A stretch of DNA of 63,645 nucleotides, filler included, from Candidatus Coatesbacteria bacterium (GTDB lineage Bacteria > JAFGND01), in NCBI GenBank assembly GCA_016927185.1. It is 7 parts of 7 records of this genome, joined end to end, with 100 filler letters (N's around TTAATTAATTAA, not from the genome) between each part and the next. Parts side by side here need not be neighbours in the genome. Positions count along the whole stretch, not along the records: positions 22,946 to 39,673 come from JAFGND010000075.1; positions 39,774 to 44,191 come from JAFGND010000076.1; 5 more parts are not named here. One strand, 5' to 3'. Below the pieces are notes generated by a model, which saw only the letters and a program-made list of their open reading frames with translations, had not been told where the DNA came from and ran no database searches. Made by a program: the position numbers and the translations under genes. Shown here piece after piece: positions 30,501-39,899 of this stretch. Position 1 is the first letter of the stretch. Each line of letters opens with the position of its first letter.

Positions 30501-31884
30501 CCCATAAAGCATCCTTGTAAAAAGGGCTATCCTGGAAACCACTGCATATATCTTCATAGACTTTGATTGCATCTTCATATTTCTCTTGATAAGTTAATAT
30601 CTCCGCTTTATAAAAATAAGCATAAACTAAAAGTCTGTGCTTCTTGTCTTTTGCCTGGGAAATCAAATCCTCAGTATACTGAAGAACATATTTTGCTGGT
30701 TCTTCTATCTTGCCCCAGTCCTTTTTAGAGGTACCATATTTCTCCCTTGCTTTCAGGAAAAGTCCATAATAAGGGAGTATTATTTCATATCTGGCTTCAT
30801 TTGACCAGTCCCTGTCATCTGGATCATTACCTTGCTTTGGATATTCTTTCATAACTCGCTTGAAAGTTTCTATCGCTTTATCATATTCTCCCAGTCTATA
30901 CTGACAATGGCCAATCATTGTTGCCGATTCTCCTGCAAGATTATATTCTTTTGTTTTAGTGAGAAGCAAGCTGAAATACTTGATAGACTTGTTGAATTCT
31001 TTCAATTTCAAGTAAGACCAACCCAAACCAGATAGTGCCTTATGATAATATATTCCTGCATCTTCATCAACATCAAGGTAATCGTCTTTTGCCTTGTCGA
31101 ATTGTTCCTTGCTATACCAATAGTTTCCAAGGAAATAGCTTGCTCTTCCTCTTGCTTCAGGATTGCCAGGGCCTCTGATATTTTTTGCTTTCTGAAAAGC
31201 TGTAACAGCATCAGAGATTTTATCAAGTTTCCAGTAAGCCATTCCCATTGCAACCAGTGAATTCTGCTGGATCTCGACAGGTCCGGTATATGCAATACTT
31301 TGAAGTATGCTGATAGCTTTATTATAATCAGGCTCTTTTAATTTAAGATAGTATTCAGCAAGAATATACTTTGCATGATCCCTGTATTTCTGGAATCTTA
31401 TATCCTGTTGAATCATATCATAATATTTAGTCAGTTTCTCCTTGTTCTCCGTTCTTCCTGATATCCAAAGAAGTCTGTATACACATACTGGAACATATCT
31501 GTCATCTTTCGGGAAATCAACCAGTATTTTCTCATAATAGCTTCCTGCTTGAGTGAAAAGATCTAGCTTGTATTTCCCTTCAGCAACAAAAAACATTATC
31601 TCCAGTCTTAGTGCAGCTTTAGGATAATCATTCAACTTTCTTGCAAGATTTTCCATCCTGTCCACTGCTACCTGATATTCTTTTATTTGATATTGATAAA
31701 GAGCTTGTTTAAACTGCTTATCAATATCCCATATCAATTCCTTGGGTGCTCCACCCAGACTCTCGTCTTCCTTGCTTTCCTTTTTCTTTTCTGGTTCCGG
31801 TTTCTCTTCTGCACTGATAGAATTAAAAGAGAAAACCAGGAAAAACAAGAGTATCACTGTGAAGATATATTTGTAATTTTTCAT
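27526..31884 (-). CDS. Giant exported TPR protein (1452 aa)
   Basis: Signal peptide; numerous TPR motifs (e.g. ALWGLGWAYY, AIETFKRVMKEYP). Confidence 0.85.
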   Translation of the reverse strand: MKNYKYIFTVILLFFLVFSFNSISAEEKPEPEKKKESKEDESLGGAPKELIWDIDKQFKQALYQYQIKEYQVAVDRMENLARKLNDYPKAALRLEIMFFVAEGKYKLDLFTQAGSYYEKILVDFPKDDRYVPVCVYRLLWISGRTENKEKLTKYYDMIQQDIRFQKYRDHAKYILAEYYLKLKEPDYNKAISILQSIAYTGPVEIQQNSLVAMGMAYWKLDKISDAVTAFQKAKNIRGPGNPEARGRASYFLGNYWYSKEQFDKAKDDYLDVDEDAGIYYHKALSGLGWSYLKLKEFNKSIKYFSLLLTKTKEYNLAGESATMIGHCQYRLGEYDKAIETFKRVMKEYPKQGNDPDDRDWSNEARYEIILPYYGLFLKAREKYGTSKKDWGKIEEPAKYVLQYTEDLISQAKDKKHRLLVYAYFYKAEILTYQEKYEDAIKVYEDICSGFQDSPFYKDALWGLGWAYYFVASAKIEQENISVEEATRLMNYTVKAIKSWEILLDKFPDFPSAADAAIAAGEAYVNILPAFDKTEEGKDDSKYWKMALPFYDKAIRLKNITPIQKFRLTLLFAIAYMKQGEYERAVQYMTDAFNQAPAVKQESEAVDKAAVLFTQHAESKKDNTGVVLFQKYLQLKPDATRSQTTKQVMDKMAGKYETLFKYDRAINTLKLMNNLYPNDPNIASVHWRIGELSKTSKNMDGWQNAMESFLDKARTSTDKDVSSKVNVALFEVTSKIREKLSASKTLDEKSKGEYEKMMKLSSEYLARNPNSRTIEYYAMLVNLGDAQMALQQSEPAGDTFLKLATELEQNFPPNFLKGIEAFKDKTKQDYIQFCVRNAFSCYHDISLLADKTKNTTQKQQIIPKLIKAAEFYEKIGTNNKDLSIIMSVHADALLELKQWDNAMVVYNNFLQRFPTEVDNGLSARQNIAYCYQMKKQWIDAAKAFMEVERFARLNGKKNEAVQAIEAAHAQYWLIAYPNAAEKTSNDTTSKTPLVKGDVMQAAGYLRQLTDYAVLNGYPEQAKKIMGNVLRIYNDQQKESAEKAIQYLQEAQVYCKSKGFEDLVKAANGYIILIYTNQAETAYKTAEENKIGNVKAQNYILSAQWEQKKAEYIKTTTGVVKEEEKIIYWQNTAGLYSKAAKALEDKGEGQTGEDKAQLQNMYMKIIDLYEQIIKQTKDEKLAQDYRSKIVYIMRKTNKWKEAAQMIHQMAEKESDQKKKIDYYLAEIDTYKEHKDLETVQKLMKEYVNRFPGDKEHTFDFAATIALLYYDKGDYVTAEPEMKKAISVYSNQEDTRIALLHYNLGEIMEKKSGFEAANKEWYTKVLTFPVPELHAKIFYKQANIFFDEVKRKKVLDSNISADTKAKVMLKIGDAYAKVVKTINAAIDKNPSYYQQYANTEWYKKSLEMAKTYTQDAEITSKAGEAVKNILEIKDDFGRQATEARKKWYQKMFGGN

Positions 31885-31894
31885 AACAGGCTCC

Positions 31895-32626
31895 TTATTC
31901 TTGCATGTCGCTTACGCCACCATATTTTATATACAATTCGGTATATTTTCTTGATTCAATGATGTATTTTTCCTGCAATTTCTTGTCAGATGTTTTCAGT
32001 TTCAGTTTTCTGTAACATGCAGTAATATTATAATAAGCATCTTTGAATGATGGCCACTTATTTGTTAACTCAACAAACTGAGCAATAGCATCATCAAATT
32101 TTTCCAGTCTATATAAGGCGATTCCTATATTATAATGTGCTTCTATAAAATTGGGATCTATCTGAATAGCCTTTTTGAACCACTCAATTGCTTTGTCCAT
32201 TTCCATCTGTCTCATATAAACAATTCCCATACCGTTATAAGCCATAGAGAAATTACTATCCATGGCTATGCAATTCTGGAAATATTTCATTGCATTATCT
32301 GCATCATCTTCTCCAACATACAATCTTGCAAGATCATATTTCACCAATATGTTATTAGGTAAAAGTTTTTCAGCTTTCTGCAGATAAGGCTTGGCTTCAC
32401 TGAATTTCCCTTGATCAACCAATAATGCACCTAACTGTAAATTGGTTGCTGGATTCTCTGGTTTCAACATGATACTTTGCCTGTAATTATTTATTGCAAC
32501 ATCAATATTGTCAGACATATATGCAGAATCTGCTATTCTTTTTAATTCAATAGATTTATCTCCGCATCCAAGCATGAATAATGAAAAAGCTAAAAAAATC
32601 AAGAAACTACGTTTCATAGTAATCAC
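31895..32626 (-). CDS. TPR lipoprotein
   Basis: Lipobox MLGC; canonical TPRs (AYNGMGIVY, AHYNIGIAL). Confidence 0.85.
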   Translation of the reverse strand: MITMKRSFLIFLAFSLFMLGCGDKSIELKRIADSAYMSDNIDVAINNYRQSIMLKPENPATNLQLGALLVDQGKFSEAKPYLQKAEKLLPNNILVKYDLARLYVGEDDADNAMKYFQNCIAMDSNFSMAYNGMGIVYMRQMEMDKAIEWFKKAIQIDPNFIEAHYNIGIALYRLEKFDDAIAQFVELTNKWPSFKDAYYNITACYRKLKLKTSDKKLQEKYIIESRKYTELYIKYGGVSDMQE

Positions 32627-32736
32627 CTCGTTAAGAACTCTAACTTAAACAAAAAATGTCAAGCTATTTTGGTTATTAATAAGCTCTTGTATATACCTCT
32701 CTTACTATAATATAATAGCAAAAAGCAAGCCAGCTA

Positions 32737-33825
32737 TTAAAATAAAATATCATCTGCGTCAAGAGGTTTTTCATGCTCCTTTTTCTCTTCTTTAATTTCC
32801 TCTCCTTCCTCAGGCTCTTCTGCAACTTTGCCTTCAAATTTCTTGATAAATTTTATATCAAAATAGTAATCTGCTCTGATATAACCCTTTTTCCCCATTA
32901 AATTCTTGATTGTTCCCCATAATTGCCCTATTGAATAACAAAAATGAGTATAAGGATAAAGGAAAATCAATAATAAGGCAACTGTAAGATCCTGCTCTAC
33001 GATAAATGTGTACAAAGAAAATCCGCACACTGTAAAGAAATAAATTATTTGTGGTACGAACAAGAATAAAATATCAGCCGCGAACTCAAAGGATCCTATC
33101 AAGAAGATGAATGTTGAAACAAAAACATAAAGATAAAATAATAAAGGCAAGAAAAAGAAAAGTGATTTAACATCTGGTTTAATGAAAAAATAATCTGCTC
33201 TTCCTCTGCCATCTCTGAATATCTGCAATGTTAAATCTTTTATATTGGATCTATGAGATCTCGTTACAAAGAAGTTCGGATCATAAATTATTCTGTAGCC
33301 ATTATAAATAATCTTTTTGGCGAGATCATTTTCCTCACCAGGAAAAAGCATTTCATTGAAGAGACCTAATGATTTAAAGGTCTCCTTTCTTATTATGAAA
33401 TTGCATAATATCACCATGTTTGCATCTGCTGCCCTTGGACCTGATTGCTTGCTATGCCTTGCTCTTGCTGAGCCAGTACCCAGAAAAGATGAAAAAAGCT
33501 TATCAACACTTTTCTGAAGAATATTGGCTTGAGACTTGGGTAAAGCAGGACCTGCGACTGCAACCACCCTCTTTTCATTGAAATGCGGTATCGCATGCTT
33601 GAAATTCTTTGCATCAGGTTCGCTATCATTATCAAGAAAATAAAGCAACTCACCAGATGCTCTCAAATAAGCTTCATTTCTCTGTTTTGTAGGATGATTC
33701 CCAAAAACGAAAATTATTTCAATTAATTCACTAGGATAATCTACTTTTTCAACAGATTTCAGAAGAAGACTTGTATCTCTCCCTTCAGCAACAGGGACAA
33801 TTATACTAATTGTAGGCTGATACAT
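32737..33825 (-). CDS. GT2 glycosyltransferase with C-terminal TM helices
   Basis: ISIIVP, FLDND, GEENDL; hydrophobic C-terminus. Confidence 0.85.
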   Translation of the reverse strand: MYQPTISIIVPVAEGRDTSLLLKSVEKVDYPSELIEIIFVFGNHPTKQRNEAYLRASGELLYFLDNDSEPDAKNFKHAIPHFNEKRVVAVAGPALPKSQANILQKSVDKLFSSFLGTGSARARHSKQSGPRAADANMVILCNFIIRKETFKSLGLFNEMLFPGEENDLAKKIIYNGYRIIYDPNFFVTRSHRSNIKDLTLQIFRDGRGRADYFFIKPDVKSLFFFLPLLFYLYVFVSTFIFLIGSFEFAADILFLFVPQIIYFFTVCGFSLYTFIVEQDLTVALLLIFLYPYTHFCYSIGQLWGTIKNLMGKKGYIRADYYFDIKFIKKFEGKVAEEPEEGEEIKEEKKEHEKPLDADDILF

Positions 33826-35217
33826 CTAATTTCCTTTCCATAAAGCCTTATTTAAGACCTCAATCCCTTCAATAATTAGCTGCTTCAGCTGGAAAAAATT
33901 CCTGGTTTTCTTGATAGTCCTCCACAAATAAGACGGTCTTAAATAAAATTCTCTTAATGCTTTATTTTGCCAATATATTAAATCAATCTCATCAGAATCA
34001 AATACTGAAGAGCTACCGCTTTGATCCTGTATATAAACATCTTGATTTATCAGCTTTTTCGAAACAGCTTCTTTTGTAAGATTTGTTCCCGGTCTTGCAA
34101 TTGGAATATTAAATGAAGCATAATCAGGATCCAGACTTATAGCAAGATTTATTGTTGCTTGTATCTGCTCACTTGTTTCTCCTGGAAAACCCAGAATAAA
34201 TGTACCTACTCTTCTTATGTTTATCTCTTTGCAATAGGAAAAGACCTTCCTGATATCCTCAATGCTTTCTCCTTTTGTTATATTCTGCAAAGTGCTTTCA
34301 TTTCCGCTTTCAACACCAAAGATCATTGTATGACAGCCAGATTCTTTCATCTTTATCAAGTCATCCTTTTCCCAAATATCTGCTCTGCTATAACATGACC
34401 ATGAAAATTTCAGCGGTGAAATCAAGTCAAGTAATTCCTCTCTTCTTTCTTTTTTAGCTCCAAAAGTCTGATCAACGAAATAAATCTCATTGTAACCAGC
34501 TTCTTTCAACCAATGCAAATCATTGGCAACCTCATTTAGTGGTCTTTCCTTGAAGCCAATTATACCTGCTGTACAAAATTTGCATTGATATGGACAGCCA
34601 AAATCAGTTAGTACTGTTGCCATTGGATAATTCATGGAGAAAGGATATGAATAAAACTCAGGATCAAATATTTCATATCTCGGTCTTGGCATTGTAAAAG
34701 TACCTTTTGGTAAATATACAAATTTCCCAGTTACTTCTCCATGTTCATCCCTGTAGAAAATGTTTTCGAGTGAATCTTTTTTCCCATTCAAAAATGATTC
34801 CAGGCAAGGCGTGGTAAAATCTGTAATAATTATATCTAATTCCGGAAATCTGTCAAGAAAGCAAACGGGATCACCCATAAAAATATCACCTGAGATGGCT
34901 ATCAAACCTTTGTATTTCTCCCTGATTTTCTTGATAAAATCGTAATCTTCTGCCCATGAAGCTGAACCTGTTATCATGAAAATTGCCTTAATTTTGTTGC
35001 TTTTAATTTTTTCCCAGAAATCACCTTCTGACTTTGGATTGATTTGAATATCAAATAACAACAATTCAAATGATCTATGAAGCCAGGAAGTCTGCATTAA
35101 AAGATCTATTGGTTGCATGTAATAATTGGCTTTTGATACCTTTCCGCAATAATAATCTCTTAGATATTTCTTGGAACCTGGAGGAACCAGAAGAACTACT
35201 TTTTCCTCTTTTTTCAT
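33826..35217 (-). CDS. B12-binding-domain radical SAM enzyme
   Basis: GCPYQCKFC, FVDQTFG, FGVESG, FILGFPGET. Confidence 0.88.
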   Translation of the reverse strand: MKKEEKVVLLVPPGSKKYLRDYYCGKVSKANYYMQPIDLLMQTSWLHRSFELLLFDIQINPKSEGDFWEKIKSNKIKAIFMITGSASWAEDYDFIKKIREKYKGLIAISGDIFMGDPVCFLDRFPELDIIITDFTTPCLESFLNGKKDSLENIFYRDEHGEVTGKFVYLPKGTFTMPRPRYEIFDPEFYSYPFSMNYPMATVLTDFGCPYQCKFCTAGIIGFKERPLNEVANDLHWLKEAGYNEIYFVDQTFGAKKERREELLDLISPLKFSWSCYSRADIWEKDDLIKMKESGCHTMIFGVESGNESTLQNITKGESIEDIRKVFSYCKEINIRRVGTFILGFPGETSEQIQATINLAISLDPDYASFNIPIARPGTNLTKEAVSKKLINQDVYIQDQSGSSSVFDSDEIDLIYWQNKALREFYLRPSYLWRTIKKTRNFFQLKQLIIEGIEVLNKALWKGN

Positions 35218-36347
35218 TTCTCAAGATATTCCGTTATTTTTTCAAAAATCAACTCCGATGTTAAATCTTCCAGGCATATATTATTGCTTGGGCAGTTTCT
35301 AAGATAACAGGGGGCACACTTTGCTTTTGTTTTTATCTTCAAACCCCTGCCGTATAATTCTATCTCCTGCGAGCAAGTACTTGTAAAAAAAGCTATTACA
35401 GGTTTTTGTATAGCAATTGCTAAATGCATAGCTAGTGTATCTCCAGTCAAAATAAGCTTGCAAAAACGAAGTAATGCAGCAAATTGTCTTACAGAATTAT
35501 GAAAATTGTTGAAAACAAGAGGAAAATCTATTATTTCCTGCAATCTCGATTGAACAGTTATTTCTTGCGGCCCTCCAAGTAGAACTAAAGGGTATCCCTT
35601 GCCATGAAGCTTCTTAATAAGCTCTGCCAATGTATCTGTCGGAAGGGATTTATTTGCAAATGCTCCTCCAGCACCAATGTTTATTCCTAAAACATCGTTG
35701 CTTTTCATTCCCTTCAATTCTATTCTCTCACTGATATCTTTCCATCTTTCACTAGAATTCAATAACTCATCTTCAGTAAAATCAAGTATATATTCCTCAT
35801 TATTGTAAGGTATTTCAGATATCTCGAATATCATTTCAGGATAAGTTGATTTATTCTCATGGAATTTATAATTGTCATCAAGTCCCAATAACCATGACCT
35901 TCTTGATGCTTCATTTGATATTGTAAGATCTCCGCATTCGGTAGATGTAAAACCGAATTTCCTTTCTGCAGATATATATCTTGAGAGAGATATAGCTTCT
36001 GATGATTTGTCAAAGCAAAACAATAAATCAAATCTGGTTGAAAGAAGTTCAGGTTTGAAAAGCTCATCTATGCACCATAACCTGTTTATGAAAGCGTTGT
36101 TTTCCAGCAAGGGCTTGCTTATGCTGTGCGTTAACCATGTTATTTGAGCCTCAGGATATCTTGAATTAATTCCTTTTAAAATTGGGGTTGTTCTTAATAC
36201 ATCTCCCATAGCTCCCAATTTAATTATAAGGATTCTCTGCTGCCATGGAATATATTTATTGCAATCAGGGCAGATTTTTCCAAAAATACAAGGCTTTTCT
36301 CCCCTGTAATACTTACAATCAACTTTCGGTATCCATAAGGTATTCAT
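35214..36347 (-). CDS. GT9 (heptosyltransferase-like) glycosyltransferase with Cys-rich N-terminus
   Basis: IIKLGAMGDVLRTTP, TGDTLAMHLAIA, CAPCY. Confidence 0.88.
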   Translation of the reverse strand: MNTLWIPKVDCKYYRGEKPCIFGKICPDCNKYIPWQQRILIIKLGAMGDVLRTTPILKGINSRYPEAQITWLTHSISKPLLENNAFINRLWCIDELFKPELLSTRFDLLFCFDKSSEAISLSRYISAERKFGFTSTECGDLTISNEASRRSWLLGLDDNYKFHENKSTYPEMIFEISEIPYNNEEYILDFTEDELLNSSERWKDISERIELKGMKSNDVLGINIGAGGAFANKSLPTDTLAELIKKLHGKGYPLVLLGGPQEITVQSRLQEIIDFPLVFNNFHNSVRQFAALLRFCKLILTGDTLAMHLAIAIQKPVIAFFTSTCSQEIELYGRGLKIKTKAKCAPCYLRNCPSNNICLEDLTSELIFEKITEYLEK

Positions 36348-36612
36348 GACCTTCCTCAATTATTCCAGCAACTACTCCATTTATATAGTTCTTTCTGCCT
36401 TTATCCAGTATCATTCCAACGCTTCCACCTTCATTGATTACAAGAACCCAGTCTCCCTGTCTTGCCCCGATCCTGTCAATTACCCAAAATGGATCACCAT
36501 AAAGAGATTTTGAATCAAAAGATGCAGCTTGAACCATAAGAATCTTTTCTCCCTCAAGATCAGGGTACTTAATTGTGGTTACAATGGGTTCAATAACTCT
36601 AGCTAATATCAT
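36319..36612 (-). CDS. EutN/CcmL-family microcompartment vertex protein (BMC-P)
   Basis: MILARVI..IVTTIKYPDLEGEKILMVQ, DRIGARQGDWVLV..GGS, VAGIIE. Confidence 0.85.
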   Translation of the reverse strand: MILARVIEPIVTTIKYPDLEGEKILMVQAASFDSKSLYGDPFWVIDRIGARQGDWVLVINEGGSVGMILDKGRKNYINGVVAGIIEEGHEYLMDTES

Positions 36613-36844
36613 AATCTTCTATGGCAATTATTGTTAAATCTATCGGTCTATTTTCATCTCCCAAAGCATACATTGCTTCCTTGCTTTGTGCGCATAAAAC
36701 AGTCTTGCCCAATTCTGCACCAATTCTGTCAACTGCAATAACAATTCTATTATCTTTGCCAAGTACAATCAGAAGTCTCTCATGGTTAATGTCTGCAATG
36801 GCATTTGTAAGAACTATACTCCCAATAATTTTTCCTATCTTCAT
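36599..36844 (-). CDS. EutN/CcmL-family microcompartment vertex protein (BMC-P)
   Basis: MKIGKIIGSIV, AVDRIGAELG..VL, PIDLTIIAIED. Confidence 0.85.
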   Translation of the reverse strand: MKIGKIIGSIVLTNAIADINHERLLIVLGKDNRIVIAVDRIGAELGKTVLCAQSKEAMYALGDENRPIDLTIIAIEDYDIS

Positions 36845-37089
36845 AAGGACTTGCTTTTCTTTATGAGCTCTATTTGTCAAATTAAATCATTCTTTTTGAA
36901 GCAAATTCAATTCAGTTTTAAAGATAGAATAAAACACCTTAACTAAGTATGATTATAATAATGTAACTAATCATGAACCTGAGAATTCCTTCTTTATTAT
37001 CATCTTTTTCAATTACTTGATCCAGCCATAAAAAAATTGACAAATATATATTACTGGAAACGCAAGTTATTTAAAAAAAGGAAAGTTAG

Positions 37090-38529
37090 TTGAAATTTAG
37101 AGAAGTATCATTCAATGAAAAAGTATTCATAATAATACTTCTTGTTTTAAGTTGCATTTTATTCATTATCGGAAAAAGTGGCTGGTTTCTTAATGATGAT
37201 TTCTACTTGCTGGATCAAGCTAAAACCCTTAAATTATTAAGTCCTTTTTACGATAACATGTTTTACAGACCAATAGCTCACATTTCATTTTTTGTTCAGC
37301 AAAAAATATCTGGATTGAAATTCTATCCTTATCTGATAGTAAACATCCTCATTCATCTTATCAATACTTTTCTACTATATTATTTAATGATATTGCTCGC
37401 TAGAAGCAAGGGAGAAAGTTTTCCAGATTTGACAGGGAAACTACTGGTTATGATTTTCTTTGTCCACCCGACAGGAATAGAAGTCGTACAATGGAGTTCC
37501 GCAAGAACTGATTCTCTCGCTGGCTTGTTTGTTTTTTCTTCAGTGATTGCTTTGTTAAAGGGGAAAAACAATGTTTCAATTTTCTTATATGCTCTTGCTT
37601 TGCTATCAAAAGAAATAGCAATAGCTGCATTATTACCTTATATCTTTATAAGCTACTTCAAGGATAAAAAAAATCTGAAGAAAAATCTTTTGAAATATTC
37701 TCTTGTAACAATTATATATGTTGCATTAAGATATTTTGTATTGAGAAATCTCTTCTTTAAAACAATTGAACAGCACATTCTTGAACCTTATCAGAGAATT
37801 GCCCATCTAATTCTTTATTTATTCATGCCTTATTTCAATTATTGCATAAAATTGCTGGGCTTGATAACCCCTATAGTTTTTCTTGTGGTTTTTTCCATAA
37901 GCATAATATTGATAAGTATACATCTTTTCATGAAAAATCCTTTCTATTTGTTTATAATTGCAGGATTCTGGGGTTTCTTGTTTGTTGCCATATCTTCATA
38001 TATAATTGGATTAAGATATTTATATTTACCTCTGTTTTTCGGGGTACTTCTATTGTATTGCATGCGTCTTGAAAACAAAATTCCGAAAAGCTTCCTCAAA
38101 AAAATAAATATTTTCATATTTTTAGTAATATGTCTTTTTACGCATTTATTTGGACTGCAAATGGAAGGATTTATTGATCATGGGAGAATTGTAAGGGTAT
38201 TCGCCAGAGATCTGCTTTTTAATAAGCATGAATTTGATGACAAAGAGCGGACGATCTATGCAATAGACTTTTTACCAGTACATGTTACGCATTTCCTGAA
38301 TGATGTATCCTTTAGTGGTCTGTTGAGATTATATGATTTCAAGGTAACTAATGGTGTAATACTATATACTGTTCCAAAAGGGAGCAGATTGGTATATTCC
38401 AGTGCTCCACAGGCTATGAAAGAGGGAATTAATGCGGAAATGTGGATCAGCCCTCCTCCTGGATATTTGATTTTTTTCCAGCCTGAAGGTAAGTTATGGA
38501 GAATAGAAAGCATAATCAAGAATTTCTAA
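37090..38529 (+). CDS. Polytopic GT-C-fold membrane glycosyltransferase-like protein
   Basis: LNDDF, FYRP, HPTGIEVVQWSSARTD, LLSKE, RYLYLP. Confidence 0.7.
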   Translation: MKFREVSFNEKVFIIILLVLSCILFIIGKSGWFLNDDFYLLDQAKTLKLLSPFYDNMFYRPIAHISFFVQQKISGLKFYPYLIVNILIHLINTFLLYYLMILLARSKGESFPDLTGKLLVMIFFVHPTGIEVVQWSSARTDSLAGLFVFSSVIALLKGKNNVSIFLYALALLSKEIAIAALLPYIFISYFKDKKNLKKNLLKYSLVTIIYVALRYFVLRNLFFKTIEQHILEPYQRIAHLILYLFMPYFNYCIKLLGLITPIVFLVVFSISIILISIHLFMKNPFYLFIIAGFWGFLFVAISSYIIGLRYLYLPLFFGVLLLYCMRLENKIPKSFLKKINIFIFLVICLFTHLFGLQMEGFIDHGRIVRVFARDLLFNKHEFDDKERTIYAIDFLPVHVTHFLNDVSFSGLLRLYDFKVTNGVILYTVPKGSRLVYSSAPQAMKEGINAEMWISPPPGYLIFFQPEGKLWRIESIIKNF

Positions 38530-39673
38530 GCCTGAAAAGCATTCCAGAAAATCAGTTATTATTTTTCATGATAATTGGCTTAGTCTTTCTTTCTATAAGG
38601 CTTTATATGCCACTTCTTGATGCAGAGTTTTTTCTCGATGACTATCTTCACCTAATAATAGTTAAAGAAAACATAAATCCTTTGAATGTATTTGCAAAGG
38701 ATTTCATGCTGGGGGCATTTTACAGACCAATAGTTTATTTTGTATGGAAGATCAATTATGTTTTTTTCAACATAAATCCTAGAATGTATTATTTTATTAA
38801 TATAGTCATTCTGATAGGAAATTCTCTTTTGCTGCTTTTCATAATGCATCTATCAAAAATGAATAAATTGATTTCCTTTTTTGCTGTTTGCATATGGATA
38901 GTCAATCCGATAACAGCAACAGGAACAGTTTGGTTGTCAAGCAGATATGATCTTGTATCAACTTTTTTTCTGCTGTCAAGCATTCTTTTCTATGTATTAT
39001 TTCATCTGGGTGGAAGGTGGAAACTATATATTTTATCCCTGATTTTTGCCTTGCTATCATATTTCTCCAAGGAAAGCTGCTTATCGCTTCCTCTTCTTAT
39101 TATTGCTTTTTATCTTAAGATAGAAAAAAAAGCAGGACTGAAGGATAAGTTCCTTGGTATAATAGTGTTCACAATTCCTTACATATTATTAGCATTGCTG
39201 TTTATGTTTATCAGGCTTGAAGTGCTTGGAAACTGGGGAGGATATGATTTTACAGGAAATATAGCATTATCTAATTACAGACTAATAACTGGCTATTTCA
39301 TGAAGCCTTTGAGTAACAAGATAGTACTTTTTTCATATTTATTGCTAATAATCCTCCTGGTCAAGAACAAGATAAACTCGACAGCAAGACTCTCTTTTAT
39401 CTGGATTTTTGCATCCCTGCTACCTGTCATTCCTTTGTACAAATTGCTCTTCATCCCTGGAATGCTTCTCTTTCTGCCTTATAGATTCTTCTTTCTGACA
39501 GGATTGGGAATGACTTTTTTAGTCTGCTCATTACTGGAGCAGCTTAGCAGAAAAAACAGAATTGCAGGTGCTATAGCATTATCTTTAGTTCTTTCCATGT
39601 TCGTTATAAAAATGTATAAATCCAGACAGATTATTAATGACTGGAAAAAAGAAACCATCAAAGTACATGAAAC
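38496..39673 (+). CDS. Polytopic GT-C-fold membrane glycosyltransferase-like protein (3'-truncated)
   Basis: FLDDY, FYRP, VWLSSRYD, FSKE; paralog of upstream gene. Confidence 0.7.
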
Positions 39674-39773
39674 NNNNNNNNNNNNNNNNNNNNNNNNNNN
39701 NNNNNNNNNNNNNNNNNTTAATTAATTAANNNNNNNNNNNNNNNNNNNNNNNNNNNNNNNNNNNNNNNNNNNN
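39674..39773. other. Artificial contig linker
   Basis: N-run/TTAATTAATTAA/N-run. Confidence 0.98.
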
Positions 39774-39881
39774 AATAACTATTGTCTTCTTGCCAATTCC
39801 CTTCAAGAAATCTGATAATGAATGAGCAAGTGTTGTCTTTCCGGATCCTGAGTAACCTATGATTATATAACAAACTTTCAT
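39774..39881 (-). CDS. P-loop kinase, N-terminal 36 aa only (APS kinase/CysC-like), truncated by contig end
   Basis: Hand translation MKVCYIIIGYSGSGKTTLAHSLSDFLKGIGKKTIVI with Walker A GYSGSGKT; not in ORF track. Confidence 0.75.
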
Positions 39882-39899
39882 CTTCTAATGATGCTTCTT

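Noticed and set aside
33826-35217. Radical SAM gene as maturase for the peptides at 39900..40443
   Set aside because: It is on a different contig, is a B12-binding type without an evident SPASM or RRE domain, and sits in a glycan operon.
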